Assembly: GCF_006345805.1 (NCBI RefSeq)
Contig: NC_043012.1
Location: 56,730,001 to 56,794,000 of the forward strand
DNA: 64,000 bases
Direction of reading: 5' to 3'
From: Octopus sinensis
Taxonomy: Eukaryota
Shown here: piece after piece, positions 25,465 to 38,183 of the stretch
Layout of the letters: every line of letters starts with the position of its first letter
How positions within the stretch are numbered: position 1 is the first letter of the stretch
Program-made: the position numbers and the translations under genes
Notes under the pieces: model-generated
What the model was told of the DNA's origin: nothing
The model's input: only the letters and a program-made list of their open reading frames with translations
Database searches by the model: none

Positions 25465-26030
25465 CGTACACACACACGCGCGCGCGCGCGCATGCACAAG
25501 CAAACACACACACACACACAGATGCATGCATACGCAAGCACACACACACGCATGCACACGCACACACATACACACACACTCTCACACACACACGCATGCA
25601 CACGTACACACATACACACTCTTACACACACACGCATGCACACACACACGCATGCACACACACACGCATAGACACACACGCATGCACACACACACACTCT
25701 CTCATACACACTCATGCACACGCAATCACACACATGCATGCGCACGCACACACATACACACACATGCATGCACAAGTAAACACACACACACAGATGCATG
25801 CATACGCAAGCACACACACACACACGCATGCACACGCACACACACATACACTCTCACACACACACGCATGCACATACACACTCTCACACACACACGCATG
25901 CATGCACACGCACACACACATACACACGCATGCACGCACACGCAAACACACTCACACGCACACACACACATGCGCGCACACACACACACGCATACACACA
26001 AACTCTCACACACACGAACACGCTCATACG
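25465..26030. repeat. Compound CA/CACG/CATG microsatellite
   Basis: Direct reading; source of the His/Thr-rich pseudo-ORFs. Confidence 0.92.
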
Positions 26031-26105
26031 TATATTGCTTTGTTCTATTACTCATTCTTGTGCCTGGAGAAAATGAGTAACACGTTTATCAAGATGCTCA
26101 GACAC

Positions 26106-26263
26106 ACCAGGAGTGGTTGTGTGGTAAGTAGCTTGCTTTCCAACCACATGATTCCGGGTTCAGTCTCTCAGCATGGCACCTTGGGCAAATGTCTTCTACT
26201 ATAGCCTCGGGCCGACCAAAGCCTTGTGAGTGGATTTGGTAGACAGAAACTGAAAGAAGCCCG

Positions 26264-26345
<82 letters not shown>

Positions 26346-26547
26346 CTTTGTTTGTCCCCACCATCATTGCTTGACAACCGACATAAATATGTTAATGTCC
26401 CCGTAACTTAGCGGTTCAGCATAACTGACCGATAGAATAAGCACTAGGCTTACAAAGAATAAGTCCTGGGATCGATTTCTTCGACTAAAACCATTAAGGC
26501 GGTGCTCTAGCATGACTACAGTCAAATGACCGAAAGAATAAAAGAAT
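26106..26547 (+). mobile_element. Family A SINE
   Basis: Full length with an expanded (TA)n(TG)n core. Confidence 0.88.
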
Positions 26548-26932
26548 ATATATAAATATATACATATCATCTTTTATTTGTGTCCATTCTGGGGCACTAT
26601 GAAGGGTCTTTATTTTTTAAAGCCTAGTACTTATTCTATCGGTTCTTTTTTGCCGAACCGCTAAGTTATGGGGATCTACTCACACCAACGTCGGTTGTCA
26701 AGCGGTGGTGGGTGACAAATACAGAGCCAAAGACATACACACATACACACATAGATATGTACGTATATATATATATACCTAAAGTTAGGGAATGGACACG
26801 GGGGAAAACTTACACTCTTCTACGTCAATAAACTACGATTGTTCCTGAAAGTTATTTTTTTATATCTTCTACGGACTGCTCGAAGCTTATCTTCCTATAT
26901 CTTGATCCTTGGATTTTATCCTTACTTATTAC

Positions 26933-26986
<54 letters not shown>

Positions 26987-27117
26987 ACGTGCTTCTTTCA
27001 GTTTTCGTCTACCAAATCCACTCATAAGGCATCGGCTCGAGGCTATTGTAGGAGACACTTGACCATGGTGTCAGGCATATAAGATGTATTGTTTGAAGCT
27101 CAGGAAGAACGGAAGAG

Positions 27118-27154
27118 TTTTTGACATTTCGAGTCTAAGCTCCTTATCAGAGAA
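27118..27154 (-). ncRNA. Degenerate hammerhead-like motif (GAGC family)
   Basis: Minus strand reads TTCT CTGATAA G GAGC-ttaga-CTC GAAA TGT C AAAAA. G8 changed to A; GUC site. Confidence 0.5.
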
Positions 27155-27544
27155 GAATGAGAGAAGAGAACTATGGAGAGAGGTGGGAAAACCTTTAAAA
27201 AAATTTTTTACAGAGTTAAACAGGGAAACAGTAAAAATATAAATAAACATTCATAAATAAGATGGAAAGTAAAAAGAAAAGGGAAAAGAAGTTGGTTGAA
27301 AATTAAGAAAATGATATAGAAACAAAAACAAAAGAAAAATTTAAAAAAAGAAAGGAATCGGTCAATGAAAAAGAAAAAGAGGCATACATACATTAATATA
27401 GATTTTCTAACGCCTTCCAAACCACATGGTTCTGGGTTCAGTCACACTTCGTGACACCGTGGGTAAGTATTTTCTACTATAGCCTCGAGCATATATATAT
27501 ATATATGTATATATTAGCATAAGGAATAGAGTGACTCAAGTTTC

Positions 27545-27680
27545 GAGAGTTTCTGAGGTCGACTGTGCCTTTCATCTTTTCGGGGTCGATAAGTTAAGTA
27601 CCAGTAGCGTACTGGGGTTGATTTAATCGACTGGGACCCTTCCCGCCAAAATTCTGGGCCTTGTGCTTAGAGTAGAAAAG
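27545..27680 (+). mobile_element. Family B SINE fragment
   Basis: GAGGTCGAC...GGGGTCGATAAG...AGTACCAG...GGCCTTGTGC. Confidence 0.75.
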
Positions 27681-27831
27681 AATATTTTATTTAGTCATTT
27701 ATTTATTTATTTATTCATTTATTTATTTGAAGGCAGGGAGGTGTGGCATACACACACATGCACACACATGTATATGTGTGTTATATATATATATATGTGT
27801 GGTGTGTGTGTGTATTTATCTGTATATATAA

Positions 27832-27886
<55 letters not shown>

Positions 27887-28369
27887 ATATAGAATCCAAC
27901 AAGAAAACACAAAAAAACACAAAAAAACACACCAACGCGAGGACGTGGAACAAATAAAGTATTATTGGACGTGTTTGTGTGTGCGCGCGCATGTATACAC
28001 GTATACATACATACATAAACGCACACACACACACATATTTACAAGGAAAAGTTATATCAAAGATTCGTTTCGTTCGCCTTCATTTGAGTGCAATTTATTC
28101 CGTTTTTTTCCGGTTATTTATAGTCTTTCGTAAATCGTTTTTTTTTGTGTAGGTGTAGGAGGAATGTAAATGATAATAAGAGATGGTTTAAGTATGGAGG
28201 GGAAGTTATTTAGACAGACGTTAACAGAGGAGGATGGGCAAAACAGTAGGTTATAGTGAAGAGATTTATTTCGGTTTGATATATATATTTTCTGAGTCAT
28301 TAAAGTTCAAACACATAATTCCACAACCTCTTAAAGATTTTATAAAACCAAAAACAACCAAAGTAAATC

Positions 28370-28412
28370 AAAGTCTGATGAAGGCGATAAAGATGAAACT
28401 TGTGAGTCAGAG
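28370..28412 (+). ncRNA. Hammerhead-like motif with intact core and eroded stems
   Basis: CTGATGA A GGC-gataaa-GAT GAAA CTTGTGAG T C AGA. Stem III ACTTGTGAGT is two C-to-T changes from the perfect palindrome ACTCGCGAGT. Confidence 0.48.
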
Positions 28413-28481
28413 CCCACGTTTTTCTTGTAAAAGCTAATAATTACATACTGCTAAGAGTATTGAGTTACTCCTGTTTTAATG

Positions 28482-28519
<38 letters not shown>

Positions 28520-28674
28520 TATAAATCATATAATAATACCTATAAATATATATAATTATATATATATATTATATATATATAATATATATATATATATTAT
28601 ATTATATATATTATATATATTAAATTATATAATAATATATAATATATATATTATATATATATATATATAAAATT

Positions 28675-28726
<52 letters not shown>

Positions 28727-28771
28727 AAATTTATATCTATCTATATATATAAATTTATATAATATATATAT

Positions 28772-28975
28772 ACTCTTTTGCTTGTTTCAGTCATTTGACT
28801 GCGACCATGCTGGAGCACCGCCTTTAGTCGAGCAATCGACCTTGGGACTTATTCTTTTTGTAAGCCAGTACTTATCTATCGTCTTTTTTGCCGAACCGCT
28901 AAGTGACGGGACGTAAAACACACCAGCATCGGTTGTCAAGCAATGGAGGGGAACAAACAACAGACACACAAAACA
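28772..28975 (-). mobile_element. Family A SINE 3' half
   Basis: Tail and body up to the microsatellite. Confidence 0.8.
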
Positions 28976-28984
28976 CACACATAC

Positions 28985-29068
<84 letters not shown>

Positions 29069-29197
29069 TTATATATATGTATATATATAATTAATCAAAA
29101 AACGGAGAACAAAAGACAAGAGAAAAAAAAACGACTCAAGGACGTGGTACATGCAAAGTATTAATATGAAGTTCAGAGAAGGAAAGAAAGAGTGCTT

Positions 29198-29232
29198 GTT
29201 TTACATTTCGAGCAAAGCTCTTCTTCGGAAAC
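29198..29232 (-). ncRNA. Minimal hammerhead-like motif (GAGC family), one core substitution
   Basis: Minus strand reads GTTT CCGAAGA A GAGC-ttt-GCTC GAAA TGT A AAAC. Perfect 4-bp stems I and II; U4 changed to C. Confidence 0.6.
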
Positions 29233-29278
29233 AGCAAACATAGGAAAGTCCAAAAGAAAATGTAGAAGGAGGAAAAAA

Positions 29279-29310
<32 letters not shown>

Positions 29311-29712
29311 TTACACACAAACACAATATAAATTGATATAAAAACAAATATTAGACGCAAGGGTGGCTTTGTTACAAGAAAATTGCTTCCAAACAACGCG
29401 ATTCCGGGTTCAGTCTCACTGGTGTAGCACCTTGGGCCGACCAAAGATTTATGAGTGGATTTGTTAGAAACTGAAGGAAGCCTGTCGTATGTATTTATAT
29501 ATATAATATATATATTATATAGATATATATATATATTATATATATATATATATGTATGTATGTATGTAGTATGTATATATAGGCATAAGAGCTTGCTTCC
29601 CAACCTCATGCCACATGGTTCAGGGTTCAATCCCAGTGCGTGGTACCTTGGGCAAGTGTCTTCTACTATAGCCTCTGGCCGACAAAAGCCTTGTGGGTGG
29701 ATTTGGTAGACG

Positions 29713-30150
29713 GAAACAGAATGAGCGCTACATCATCTGCATGATGTGGAAAATATTCCATCAGCATTGCCCAAATGATGTTGGCATCACCTTTAAGGTA
29801 CATCCAAGGCTTGGGCCCCGTGCCATCCGCCCAAAGCAAAAATCGCACTCTCATCTCATAACAACAATACGGCACAATTATTTCACCTCAATTGGCCCCG
29901 CTCTCTTTAACATTACACCACAAACACATTAAACAGAAAATGACCCTATAGGGTTCAAGAAGTCTTTGGACAGATTCCTTCAAGAAATCCCGGATAAACC
30001 CCTACACCCGGATATGTCTCTGTAAACAATAACTCTACTTGAGTGGGCCATAGTGCCCAAATTCTGACTTGAAAGACTTCACCAGGTGGTGCTATTAAGT
30101 TAGACATGGCCTGGGCCAATAATGGCCGAAACCTATCAAAGTATCAAAGT
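29713..30150 (+). mobile_element. CR1/L2-group LINE 3' end inserted in a family A SINE
   Basis: ERYIICMMWKIFHQHCPND...PRLG...NYFTSIGPALFNITP...FKKSLDRFLQEIPDKP and a short TATCAAAG tail repeat. The SINE halves lie at 29580-29712 and 30165-30370. Confidence 0.8.
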
Positions 30151-30764
30151 ACATATATCTCTATGTATGTGTGCGTTTGTGTTTGACCACCATCGCTTGA
30201 CAAGCGATATTGATGTGTTTACGTCCTGTAACTTAGTGGGTCAGCAAAAGAGACCGATAGAATGAGTACTAGGCTTAAACAGAATAAGTCCCGGGGTCGA
30301 TTTCGTCGACTAAAGGCGGTGCTCCATTATGGCCGCAGTCAAATGACTGAAACAAGTAAAAGAATAAAAGAATATATGTATTTGTGTGTATATATATATG
30401 TCTGTGTGTATATATATATACTCACATGTATGTGTTTGTGTATCTGTGTTTGTTTCACCCATCACCACTTGATAGCCGGTGTTGGTGTGTTTACTTCCCC
30501 GTTATCTGGCGGTTCGGCAGGAGAGACCGATAGAATAAGTGCTAGGCATAAAAAAAAAATAAGTACCGGCGGTAGATTCATTCGACTCAAAATTAAAGGC
30601 AGTGCTCCAGTATGGCCACTGTCTAATGACTGTAACTGAAAGAAGTAAAAGATAAAAAAGCACGGAATTCTGTTCGTGAAAACCGGCGAAAATATTTTGA
30701 CAAATTAAATTGAAACGTTGAAGTGAATCTAACGGTCTTTGAGTGTTTTTAAATCCACGCTGCA

Positions 30765-30815
<51 letters not shown>

Positions 30816-30934
30816 ATATATATAATAATATATATATATAACTATAAATTAGGGTATCTGAGAGATAGACCCATGCTGAAATAGCAGTCAAAACCCTGAC
30901 CTAAAACCATTAAATTATACATATGTATTATATA

Positions 30935-30971
<37 letters not shown>

Positions 30972-30976
<5 letters not shown>

Positions 30977-31240
30977 ATCATCAGATGTTGCTACACATCG
31001 CTGGTCACAATACGTTCGCATTGTTTTAGCATCGAATGACGCCACCCCGCTGGCTAAGCGAGCAGGCCAACAGAAGAAAGAGTGAGAGAAAGAGTGGTGA
31101 AAGAGTACAGCAGGGATCACCATCCCCTGCCAGAGCCTCATGGAGCTTTTAGGTGTTTTCGCTCAATAAACACACACAACGCCCGGTCTGGGAATCGAAA
31201 CCGCGAGTCCGCTGCCCCAACCATGGGCCATTGCGCCTCC
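30972..31240 (-). mobile_element. tRNA-derived SINE (family C)
   Basis: Same head and body as 10720-10910 (GGAGGCGCAATGGCCCA..., GAGTGAGAGAAAG...GAAAGAGTACAGC). Confidence 0.75.
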
Positions 31241-31294
31241 TATATAATATATATATTGTGGTAAGGCAATTCGTTGCTAAACCCTTTATTGCTG

Positions 31295-31341
<47 letters not shown>

Positions 31342-31362
31342 ATATTATATATATATATATAC

Positions 31363-31397
<35 letters not shown>

Positions 31398-31799
31398 TGT
31401 ATGTATGTATATTGTAAACATCCGAGATGACTCGGAATGATTCTCATTTGGAATTGGTTCTCGAAGTACACAGCACGGAGAAATTGAGCTGAAAAACCCT
31501 TTTGTATGTATGTATGTATGTATACACATACAGGCACGCACACACACACGCACACACACACACACATAGATGAACCAACTTCACGGCAGGAGGTGCAGAT
31601 GAGGGCAGCTGCATCGAACTCTCTCATGCACCAAATGGCAGTTGCTAAAAAGCATTGGTGAAGTAAAATCATGTAGCAACACCAAATGGCCGTGCCCCAG
31701 CATGGCCACAGCTCGTGAACTGAAACTAGATAAAATAAGAAAAAAATAAAAAAAATAAAATATATATATACATACACACACTATCACCACACCGACGTC

Positions 31800-31868
<69 letters not shown>

Positions 31869-32107
31869 CCTTTGTGTTTGTGCATTTATGTACACACACA
31901 TGTATGTACATATTCTTTTGTTCTGTTACTTCTTTCAACTCTGCTGTTCTTTATGCTGAATGTCCATGTTCCTTAACATATATGGTTTATATAATGCATA
32001 CATACATGCATACATACAAACATACATATGTACATTCATACATGCTAGTACATACATACAAACCCCTCCTCACACGTATAAATATGTTCATGTGTATAAT
32101 ATATATA

Positions 32108-32145
<38 letters not shown>

Positions 32146-32374
32146 ATTATAAATATAAATATTAGGGAATAAATCCAAACTTACAGGGAAAAATCAGATT
32201 TAGGATTGAATCCAATTTTAAGTAAAATATTATATTATATTAAATTAGAGATAAAACCACTATTAGGCAAATCAAACAATGAAAAACTTAAGCCAATACA
32301 TAAAATTAATTAATTTATATTATTTAAAAATATATCAAAAGTATGAAAAGATTAATAAAAGATAATGATTAAAA

Positions 32375-32442
32375 CACTACGATCGTTTCATGGATGTCCA
32401 ATTCGTAATAATCGAGTTATGGTTACAGTCAATCTTCAGGTG
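32375..32442 (-). ncRNA. Type-I hammerhead-like motif, left arm of palindrome
   Basis: Minus strand reads CAC CTGAAGA ttgactgt...acatccat GAAA CGATCG T A GTG. Core intact; palindromic stem III ACGATCGT. Confidence 0.65.
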
Positions 32443-32491
32443 ATGGAAATATTTATCTAGCGGTTAGCAATCTAAGATAAATATTTGCAAT

Positions 32492-32560
32492 CACCTGAAG
32501 ATTGACTGTAACCATAACTCGAATTATTACGAATTGGACAGCCATGAAACGATCGTAGTG
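32492..32560 (+). ncRNA. Type-I hammerhead-like motif, right arm of palindrome
   Basis: CAC CTGAAGA ttgactgt...acagccat GAAA CGATCG T A GTG. Core intact; stem I CAC/GTG; GUA site. Confidence 0.68.
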
Positions 32561-32712
32561 TTTTAATCATTATCTTTTATTAATCCTTTAATCCTTTTGA
32601 TATATTTTAATTAAAAATAAATAAAGTAAGTAATTAATTTTTTGCATTGGCTTAAGTTTTCATTGTTTGATTTGCCTTAATAGTAGTGGTTTATCTCTAA
32701 TTTAAGAAATTA

Positions 32713-32743
<31 letters not shown>

Positions 32744-33014
32744 ATATATATCTATATATAGCCTTCTCTCTACTACCCTACCAAGAGCTCACAAACTACC
32801 TCGAACACACAAGTGCAAACAGGGAGGCAGGAAAGGCAGAATGCCATTAAATCGAACACACTATAGAAATTTTTTTAAAAAAACTTTTCTTCTAATGTGT
32901 CTAAATTAATTATTTTAATCGTTACAGTGAAAAGGTCTCAAAATGACCGAAACCGAGTTACTGAAAGGTTCACTATAAAATTATTTTAGCATTTTCTATT
33001 TGTACTTGTTTTTC

Positions 33015-33045
<31 letters not shown>

Positions 33046-33048
33046 TAT

Positions 33049-33081
<33 letters not shown>

Positions 33082-33153
33082 GTAGGTATATATAAATATT
33101 GAATGTACATAGTAGTTTATATATATATTATATTACACTCTTTTATCATTTAG

Positions 33154-33532
33154 TCTTTTACTTGTTTCAGTTATTTGACTGCGGCCATGCTGGAGCACCG
33201 CTTTTAGTCGAGCAAATCGACCCCAGGACTTACTCTTTGTAAGCCTAGTACTTATTCTATCGGTCTCTCTTGCCGAACTGCTATGTTATGGGGACGTAAA
33301 CACACAAGCATCTGTTGTCAAGCGATGGCGGGGTGACAAACACGGACACACAAACACACCCACACTCACACATACGACAGGCTTCTTTCAGTTTCACGTC
33401 TACCAAATCCACTCACAAGGCTTTGGTCGCCCGAGGCTATATTAGAAGACACTCGCCAAGGTGCCACGCAGTGGGAATGAACCGGAACCATGTGGGTGGT
33501 AGCAAGTTAGTTACCACACAGCCATTCTGCGC
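33154..33532 (-). mobile_element. Family A SINE
   Basis: Full tail-to-head match. Confidence 0.88.
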
Positions 33533-33629
33533 ATATGTTAGACTCTGCTGTATTTGGATACATTAATCCCTATTAGTATCACTATCTCTGATAATGACAA
33601 GAAGGCCACGGATGGGATCAGTCCTTGTT

Positions 33630-34030
33630 TTGATTATAGGTAGAATCGTTAGCACGCCGGTCGACCATACTCAGTGATATTTGTCTGTCGCAATGTCTGG
33701 GTTCAAATTCCGCGAGGTCGTCGACTTTGCCTTCATCCTTTCCGGGATCGATTAATAAGTACCAGTTACGCACTGGGGTCGAGATAATCGACTTTAATCT
33801 GGTTGTCTGTCCTTGTTTGTCCTCTCTGAGTTTAACCCCTTGTGGGTAGTTAACAATAGGTATTTTCATCTGCCGTTACGTTCTGAGTTCAAATTCTGCC
33901 GGGTCGACTTTGCCGTTCATCTTTCGAAATCGATAAATTAAGTACCAGTTGAGTACTGGGGTTGATGTAATCGACTACCCCACCATCCCCCAAATTTGGC
34001 CTGTGCCTATAGTAGAAAGGATTATAGGCC
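33630..34030 (+). mobile_element. Two tandem family B SINEs
   Basis: Core repeated at about 33700 and 33885, with different tails. Confidence 0.8.
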
Positions 34031-34101
34031 AACTAAAAAAATGGGTTGACCTAGGGCTATACAAACGACAGCAACAACAGCAAGAAGAAGAAGAAGAAGA
34101 G

Positions 34102-34201
34102 NNNNNNNNNNNNNNNNNNNNNNNNNNNNNNNNNNNNNNNNNNNNNNNNNNNNNNNNNNNNNNNNNNNNNNNNNNNNNNNNNNNNNNNNNNNNNNNNNNN
34201 N
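34102..34201. other. Assembly gap (100 N)
   Basis: Run of N; the true length is unknown. Confidence 0.99.
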
Positions 34202-34634
34202 AATCGAAGGGGGACTGGAGCAATGTGAAACGAAGTGTTTTGTTCAAGAACACAACGCGGCGCCCAGTTAGGGAATCGAACCCACGATCTAGCAACTGTG
34301 AGTACAACAGCTTGATCACTAGGTCACGCGCTTTCACACACACGCGCGCGCACGCACGCACGCACATACCGTGATTTATTTACTGAAGCTGAAAAGACTT
34401 CACAAATTGTTAGCTTCACATAACCGATCATCAGACAGTCCGTGAGCATTTAGAGCAATGAGGTGGTTTACCAGTATTCATAAGTATTCATGATACCAAC
34501 TGATCGATGAGTTTGCCAAGTTTTTTCAAATTCAGTAAAACACTACTCGACTTTACCTTTAGTATACGAGTGCTGTTATCCCCACCTTGGTTTACACCTA
34601 TATGTTCACACGTGCGTTTGCGTGTATAAATATA

Positions 34635-35183
34635 CGAGGGTGAGTCAAAAAGTAATGCCATTTTGTTTAGGACAGGTATAATTACCAACACAGGAACATG
34701 TCTCATACATCGAAATGAAGATGGTCCTCTCTGGATCACATCCCTACTTCTCAACATAGTCACTGTTTCTCTCATTAGCAATGTTCCACTTTAGAATGAA
34801 AGCATGTATCCCTGCCCCGTAAAATTCTGTTGACTCTTCTTTGAGCCACTTCTTTACGACAGTTTTTACTTCCTCGTCACTGGAATAATGTTTGCCTCTC
34901 AAACCCTCTTTCATGAGGCCGAAGAGATGATAGTCCAGTGACAAGGAAGTGAAAACTGTAGTGAAGAAGTGACTCAAAGACCCATCAAGAGAATTTTACG
35001 GGACAGGGATACATGCTCTCATTCGATGGTGGAACATTTCTATTGAGAGAAACGGTGACTATGTTGAGGAGAAGGGATGTAATCCACAGAGGACCAGCTT
35101 CATTTTGATGTATGATACATGTTCCTGTGTTGGTAATTATACCTGTCCTAAACAAAATGGCATTACTTTTTGACTGACCCTCG
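34635..35183. mobile_element. Mariner-derived foldback made of two transposase 3' ends
   Basis: TA-flanked. Arms of about 250 bp are reverse complements. The left arm (minus) encodes DYHLFGLMKEGLRGKHYSSDEEVKTVVKKWL...GDYVEK-type C-terminus. Confidence 0.88.
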
Positions 35184-35451
35184 TATGTATCACTTTTTAA
35201 AGTGGCCTCTACAGATATTCCATAGAAATTAGAGCCACCGCTAATTTGTTGCGACGTTTCGTATACGAATATGTCTATATAAGCAATACGATCGAAGATA
35301 GAAAAATACTTAATGGATGTATATACATATTTAAGGAGTTTTTGCTCCTTCATCAGTACCACTTCCAACCCATTAACCATCCACGAACACATTGCTTAAA
35401 TAGCCACCAAATATAGCGGTGTAACATGTATGAATGCATATATATGTATGT

Positions 35452-35556
35452 AATTGTTCAGTTTTATTTCAAGAATTCTTGCCAACAGAGAAAGAGCCGA
35501 TGTCTAACTTAGATCCGAGGTTCCTTCATTGGAATTTCAACATCAACATCAGGGTA
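35452..35556 (-). mobile_element. Terminal fragment (about 100 bp) of the same RLE LINE
   Basis: Homologous to 36986-37085 (CCCTG...GGAATT...CTTGAAATAAA). It begins at the position of the internal CATA repeat of the 3' UTR. Confidence 0.65.
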
Positions 35557-35682
35557 TGTATGCATGATGCATGTATGTATGTATGTATGTAGTATGTATG
35601 TATGATGTATGTATGTATGTATGTATGTATGTTGTGTGTGTGTGTGTGTGGTATGTGGTGTGTGGTGTGTGTGTATGTATGT

Positions 35683-36140
35683 CATGTAGTTTATTTCAAG
35701 AGTTCTTACCATGATTCTACCTGTCAAGTCCTTCACTGGAATTTTAAATCAGGGTATTGTGTTGTGTATATGTGTATGATGTATGTATGTATGTATGTAT
35801 GTGCAGATTTGTATGTTTTATGTATGTATTCTCATACATATACTTGCATATCTAGACATGCTCATATATATTTAAATGATAAACTTCGTGAAAGTTTTAC
35901 AGATTTTTACTGTTCCAGTGATGGATTGGATCTGTAGCCTTCGAATTAGCTTTCTCCTTTCTGGTTTTGAGAAGCCTAATTTCTCAAGACTGGTATTTCG
36001 GCAGTGTGTTACATATACCAGGGTCCCAATAATTACAAGTATACACCTGAACTTGTAATCTGGATAGAGCAAATGCAGATTTCTCAATAGTTCAGCGTAG
36101 ACATTCTCTTTTTCACTGATCTTCAGCTTTATGTTAACAT
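35683..36140 (-). mobile_element. Second 5'-truncated copy of the same RLE LINE
   Basis: VNIKLKISEKENVYAELLRNLHLLYPDYKFRCILVIIGTLVYV...FTKFII* (ORF 35872-36087) plus a homologous 3' UTR. The 5' end joins the (CATA)n array at 36141. Confidence 0.78.
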
Positions 36141-36985
36141 ATGCTGTATGTATGTATGTATGTATGTATGTATGTATGTATGTATGTATGGTATGTATGT
36201 ATGTGTGTGTGTATGTATGTATGTATGTATGTATGTATGTATGTATGTGTGTGTGTATGTATGTATGTATGTATGTATGTATGTATGTATGTATGTATGT
36301 ATGTCAGTCAGTCGTTTGTTAGTGCTATTGGTAATATGTAATTCAGTTCAACCTGCTGCATAGCTGGGTCGTCGACGACGAAAATGGCAATCCCACTAAA
36401 CTTGTTTAGAGAGGAGGGTGACTGAACATTCTGCAGGATGAAAAACAAAACCTAGCCAAGGACGGATGAACCCATTAAAGTCAACGTCACTCCAGTATTG
36501 TATACATAGGCTTAATTTCATTTCTCATAGATAGCGGTATTTCCTGCAGTAAGCATTCATTAACTAATGATTTTGGTTCAGAAAACACAGCGGCTGCGTA
36601 GAAGATCAACAAGTTTTCAACAATGTGCTGGTAATGCAGGTTCAGTCAGCAGGGAACCACGAAAATGAGAATGTAGGCATGGTGTACCACATTACTAGGA
36701 GTGAGAAACGCCTGGCCCTTGTTAGGGCATTACTCTAAGAGAAAGAAAACCTGATGTAAAACCTGCATCTCGAGGGCAGCTAATAATGTTGACTAGTTCT
36801 TTTGGGGTAATTTGTCATCGTTGTTCAAAGAGCGGAATTGGTTGTGCGCAAGGCCGTTCCTGACTTTGAAAAGCATCATGCGCTGGCATCGCTTTGACAT
36901 ACCAGAATCTCCATAAACCGATTCTGAAATCTTCCAAGTGATGGCTATTCTCGAGAACGAGGAAGCGACCATCATGTATGTATGT

Positions 36986-37098
36986 CATTCAGTTTATTTC
37001 AAGATTTCTAGCCAATAGAGAAAGAAACGGTTTCCAACCTAGATTCAAGACTCCTTTATTGGAATTTTAACATCAACAACAGGGTATTTTTGTTTGTG

Positions 37099-37130
<32 letters not shown>

Positions 37131-37708
37131 TGTATGTATGTATGTATGTATGTATGTATGTATGCATGCATGCATGTATGTATGTATGTATGTATGTATG
37201 TATGTATGTATGTATGTATGTATGTATGTGCAGATTTGTGTTTATGTATGTGTTTCATGCATATAGTTGCATATCTAGACATGCTCATATATATTTAAAT
37301 GATAAACTTCAGGAAAGTTTTACAGATTTTTACAATTCCAGTGATAGATTGGATCTGTAGTCTTCGAATTAGCTTTCCCCTTTCTGGTTTTCAGAAGCCT
37401 AATTTATCAAGATTGATATTTAGGCAGTGTGTTACATATCCCAGGGCCTCAGTAATTAGAGATACAAACCTGAACTTGTAATCTGGATAGAGTAACTACA
37501 GATTTCTCAAAAGTTCAGCATAGATGTTCTCTTTTTCACTGATCTTCAGCTCTATGTTAACATCCGTTGGGCAGCTAATTTCCGCAACTGTAACAGTTTC
37601 TCTACTTTATCCCAAATCATTATATCAGGTCTGTTGTGCTTAATTTTACTGAAGTCTTCAGTGGGTCATTCTACCAGTATTCCTTTTTATTATGAGTGGC
37701 TTTGGCTT
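36986..37708 (-). mobile_element. 5'-truncated R4/Dong-like (restriction-like endonuclease) LINE, decayed
   Basis: With two frameshifts and stops it reads HNRPDIMIWDKVEKL/TVAEISCPTDVNIELKISEKENIYAELLRNL*LLYPDYKFRFVSLITEALGYV...FLKFII*, the PD-(D/E)XK RLE signature. The 3' UTR has an internal (CATA)n and a terminal AATAAA. Both ends abut CATA repeats. Confidence 0.8.
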
Positions 37709-37830
37709 GTATGTATGTGTGTTTGTATGTATGTATGTATGTATGTATGTATGTATGTATGTATGTATTTATGTATGTATGTATGTATGTATGTATGTAT
37801 GTATGTATGTATGTATGCATTCGCGATTTA

Positions 37831-38183
37831 AGGCGCATGGTTCAGTGGTTAGAGCGTCGAGCTTACGATCGTGAGGTTGTGAGCTTGAATCTCGGACCGG
37901 GCTGCGTGTTGTGTTCTTGAGCAAGACACTTTATTTCACGTTGCTCCAGTTCACTCAGCTGTAGAAATGAGTTGCGACGTCACGGGTACCAGGCTGTATC
38001 GGCTGCTGCCTTTCTCTTGGATAACACGGGTGGCGTGGAGAGGGGAGGCCGGTATGCATGGGCGACTGCTGGTCTTCCATAAACCACTTTGCCCAGATTT
38101 GTGACTAGGAGGGGCTAACTTTCTAGGTGCAATCCCATGGTCAGTGTCGTGACCGAAGGAGGTCCCGACCGACGCGACCGATA
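37831..38183 (+). mobile_element. tRNA-derived CORE-like SINE (family D) with intact TSD
   Basis: A box TGGTTCAGTGG, CORE-like GTGTTCTTGAGCAAGACACTT, and 13-bp TSD CATTCGCGATTTA at 37818-37830 and 38184-38196. A partial minus-strand relative lies at 34205-34335. Confidence 0.82.

Larger units (their letters stand above)
32240..32705. mobile_element. Foldback element with about 225-bp arms; probable Penelope-like inverted terminal structure
   Basis: Arms 32240-32459 and 32472-32705 are near reverse complements around a loop of about 12 nt. Each arm carries a hammerhead-like motif reading outward, and the element is flanked by TA arrays. Confidence 0.65.

Noticed and set aside
25376-26204. His/Thr-rich and Cys/Val-rich ORFs of 100-234 aa
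   Set aside because: Open in many frames because CA-type microsatellites lack stops. The same applies to the ORFs at 11920-12589, 36131-36363, 38646-39061, 43720-44798 and 62895-63380.
32926-32965. GGTC-loop-GACC-GAAA motif; similar weak cases at about 21196-21236, 28065-28090 and 34395-34440
   Set aside because: Possibly very old hammerhead remnants, but the core is too damaged to support; not counted.
36793-36975. KRCQRMMLFKVRNGLAH as a CR1/L2 C-terminal remnant
   Set aside because: The resemblance rests on a few residues, too little to call.
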